NCBI RefSeq assembly: GCF_030028105.1
Contig: NC_092371.1
Location: 15,087,884-15,151,883 of the forward strand
DNA from: Mobula birostris
Lineage: Eukaryota
Direction of reading: 5' to 3'
Length of the DNA: 64,000 bases
Part shown: piece by piece, positions 62,890-64,000 of the stretch
How positions within the stretch are numbered: the stretch's first letter is position 1
How the letters are laid out: each line of letters begins with the position of its first letter
Made by a program: the position numbers and the translations under genes
Notes under the pieces: model-generated
The model's input: only the letters and a program-made list of their open reading frames with translations
What the model was told of the DNA's origin: nothing
Database searches by the model: none

Positions 62890-64000
62890 CATAATTTCCT
62901 CCATATACCTGTCTAGATGTCTCTTAAACTTCACTAGTGTATCTGCCTCCACCACTGACTCAGGCAGTGTATTCCACGCACCAGCCACTCTCTGAGTAAA
63001 AAACCTTCCTCTAATATCCCCCTTGAGCTTCCCACCACTTACCTTAAAGACATGTCCTCTTGTATTGAGCAGTGGTGCCCTGGGGAAGAGGCGCTGGTTA
63101 TCCACTCTATCTATTCCTCTTATTATCTTGTACACCTCTATCATGTCTCCTCTCATCCCCCTTCTCTCCAAAGAGTAAAGCCCTAGCTCTCTTAATCGCT
63201 GATCATAATGCATACTCTCTAAACTAGACAGCATCCTGGTAAATCTCTTTTGTACCCTTTCCAATGCTTCAACATTCTTCCTACAGTGAGGCGACCAGAA
63301 CTGGACACAATACTCCAAGTGTGGCCTAACCAGAGTTTTATAGAGCGGCATCATTACATCCCGACTCTTAAACTCTATCCCTGGACTTATGAAAGCTAAC
63401 ACCCCAAAAGCTTTCTTAACTAACCCATCCACCTGTGAGGCAACTTTCAGGGATCTGTGGGCATGTACCTCCAGATCCCTCTGCTCCTCCACACTACTAA
63501 GTATCCTTCCATTTACTTTGTACTCTGCCTTGGAGTTTGTCCTTCCAAAGTGTACCACCTCACACTTCTTCTGGTTGAACTCCATCTGCCACTACTCAGC
63601 GCACTTCTGCATCCTATCAATGTCTCTCTGCAATCTTTGACAATCCTCTACACTATCTACAACACCACCAACCTTTGTGTCGTCTGCAAACTTGCCAACC
63701 CACCCTTCTACCCCCACATCCAGGTCGTTAATATAAATCACGAAGAGTAGAGGAAGCAGAACAGATCCTTGTGGGACACCACTAGTCACAATCCTCAAAT
63801 CTGAATGTACTCCCTCCACCACCACCCTCTGCCTCCTGCAGACAAGCCAACTCGGGATCCACCTGGCCAAACTTCCCTGGATCCCATGTCTTCTGACTTT
63901 CTGAATAAGCCTACCTTGTGGAACCTTGTCAAATGCCTTACTAAAATCCATATAGTTTACATCCACTACCCTACCCTCATCTATATGCCTCGTCACCACC
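62890..64000 (-). mobile_element. Young CR1 RT 3' part (runs off the right edge)
   Basis: ORFs 63592-63999 and 62740-63585 are in the same frame, separated only by a TAG at 63592-63594 (AAG expected). RT motifs including KFADD are intact. Confidence 0.93.

Noticed and set aside
1-64000. tRNA, rRNA, CRISPR arrays or prokaryotic operons
   Set aside because: None seen; the sequence is vertebrate, intron-containing and retroelement-rich.

Overview
Eukaryotic, repeat-rich genomic DNA from a cartilaginous fish, probably a batoid (ray or skate); this is inferred from the Ig light-chain sequence and the CR1/Penelope/Rex1 repeat landscape. The only host genes I can support are two intact immunoglobulin light-chain clusters on the + strand, about 33.1 kb apart. 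Each has a leader exon, a single pre-joined VJ exon and a C exon (10430-12620 and 43568-45747). Both encode 243-aa proteins that resemble the sigma-cart (type I / NS5) isotype. V and J are fused in frame with no intervening RSS, i.e. germline-joined. The two clusters lie in a direct segmental duplication (1-~16.0 kb vs ~33.05-~48.85 kb) whose identity is patchy: a 696-bp non-coding block has no substitutions, while CDR2 differs at about 30% of positions. The rest is decayed retroelements: many CR1 LINEs (one near full-length), Penelope-like elements with hammerhead-ribozyme relics, R4/Dong-like RLE elements, an RTE fragment, Rex1/Babar fragments and microsatellites. Germline-joined light chains are a known phenomenon, so I cannot claim a wholly new system. 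The most interesting signals are CDR-focused diversification of a non-rearranging antibody gene pair, mosaic conversion-like identity tracts, a candidate distal regulatory block and an odd R4 tail-to-head fusion. All counts are by eye, and repeat boundaries are approximate (tens of bp).
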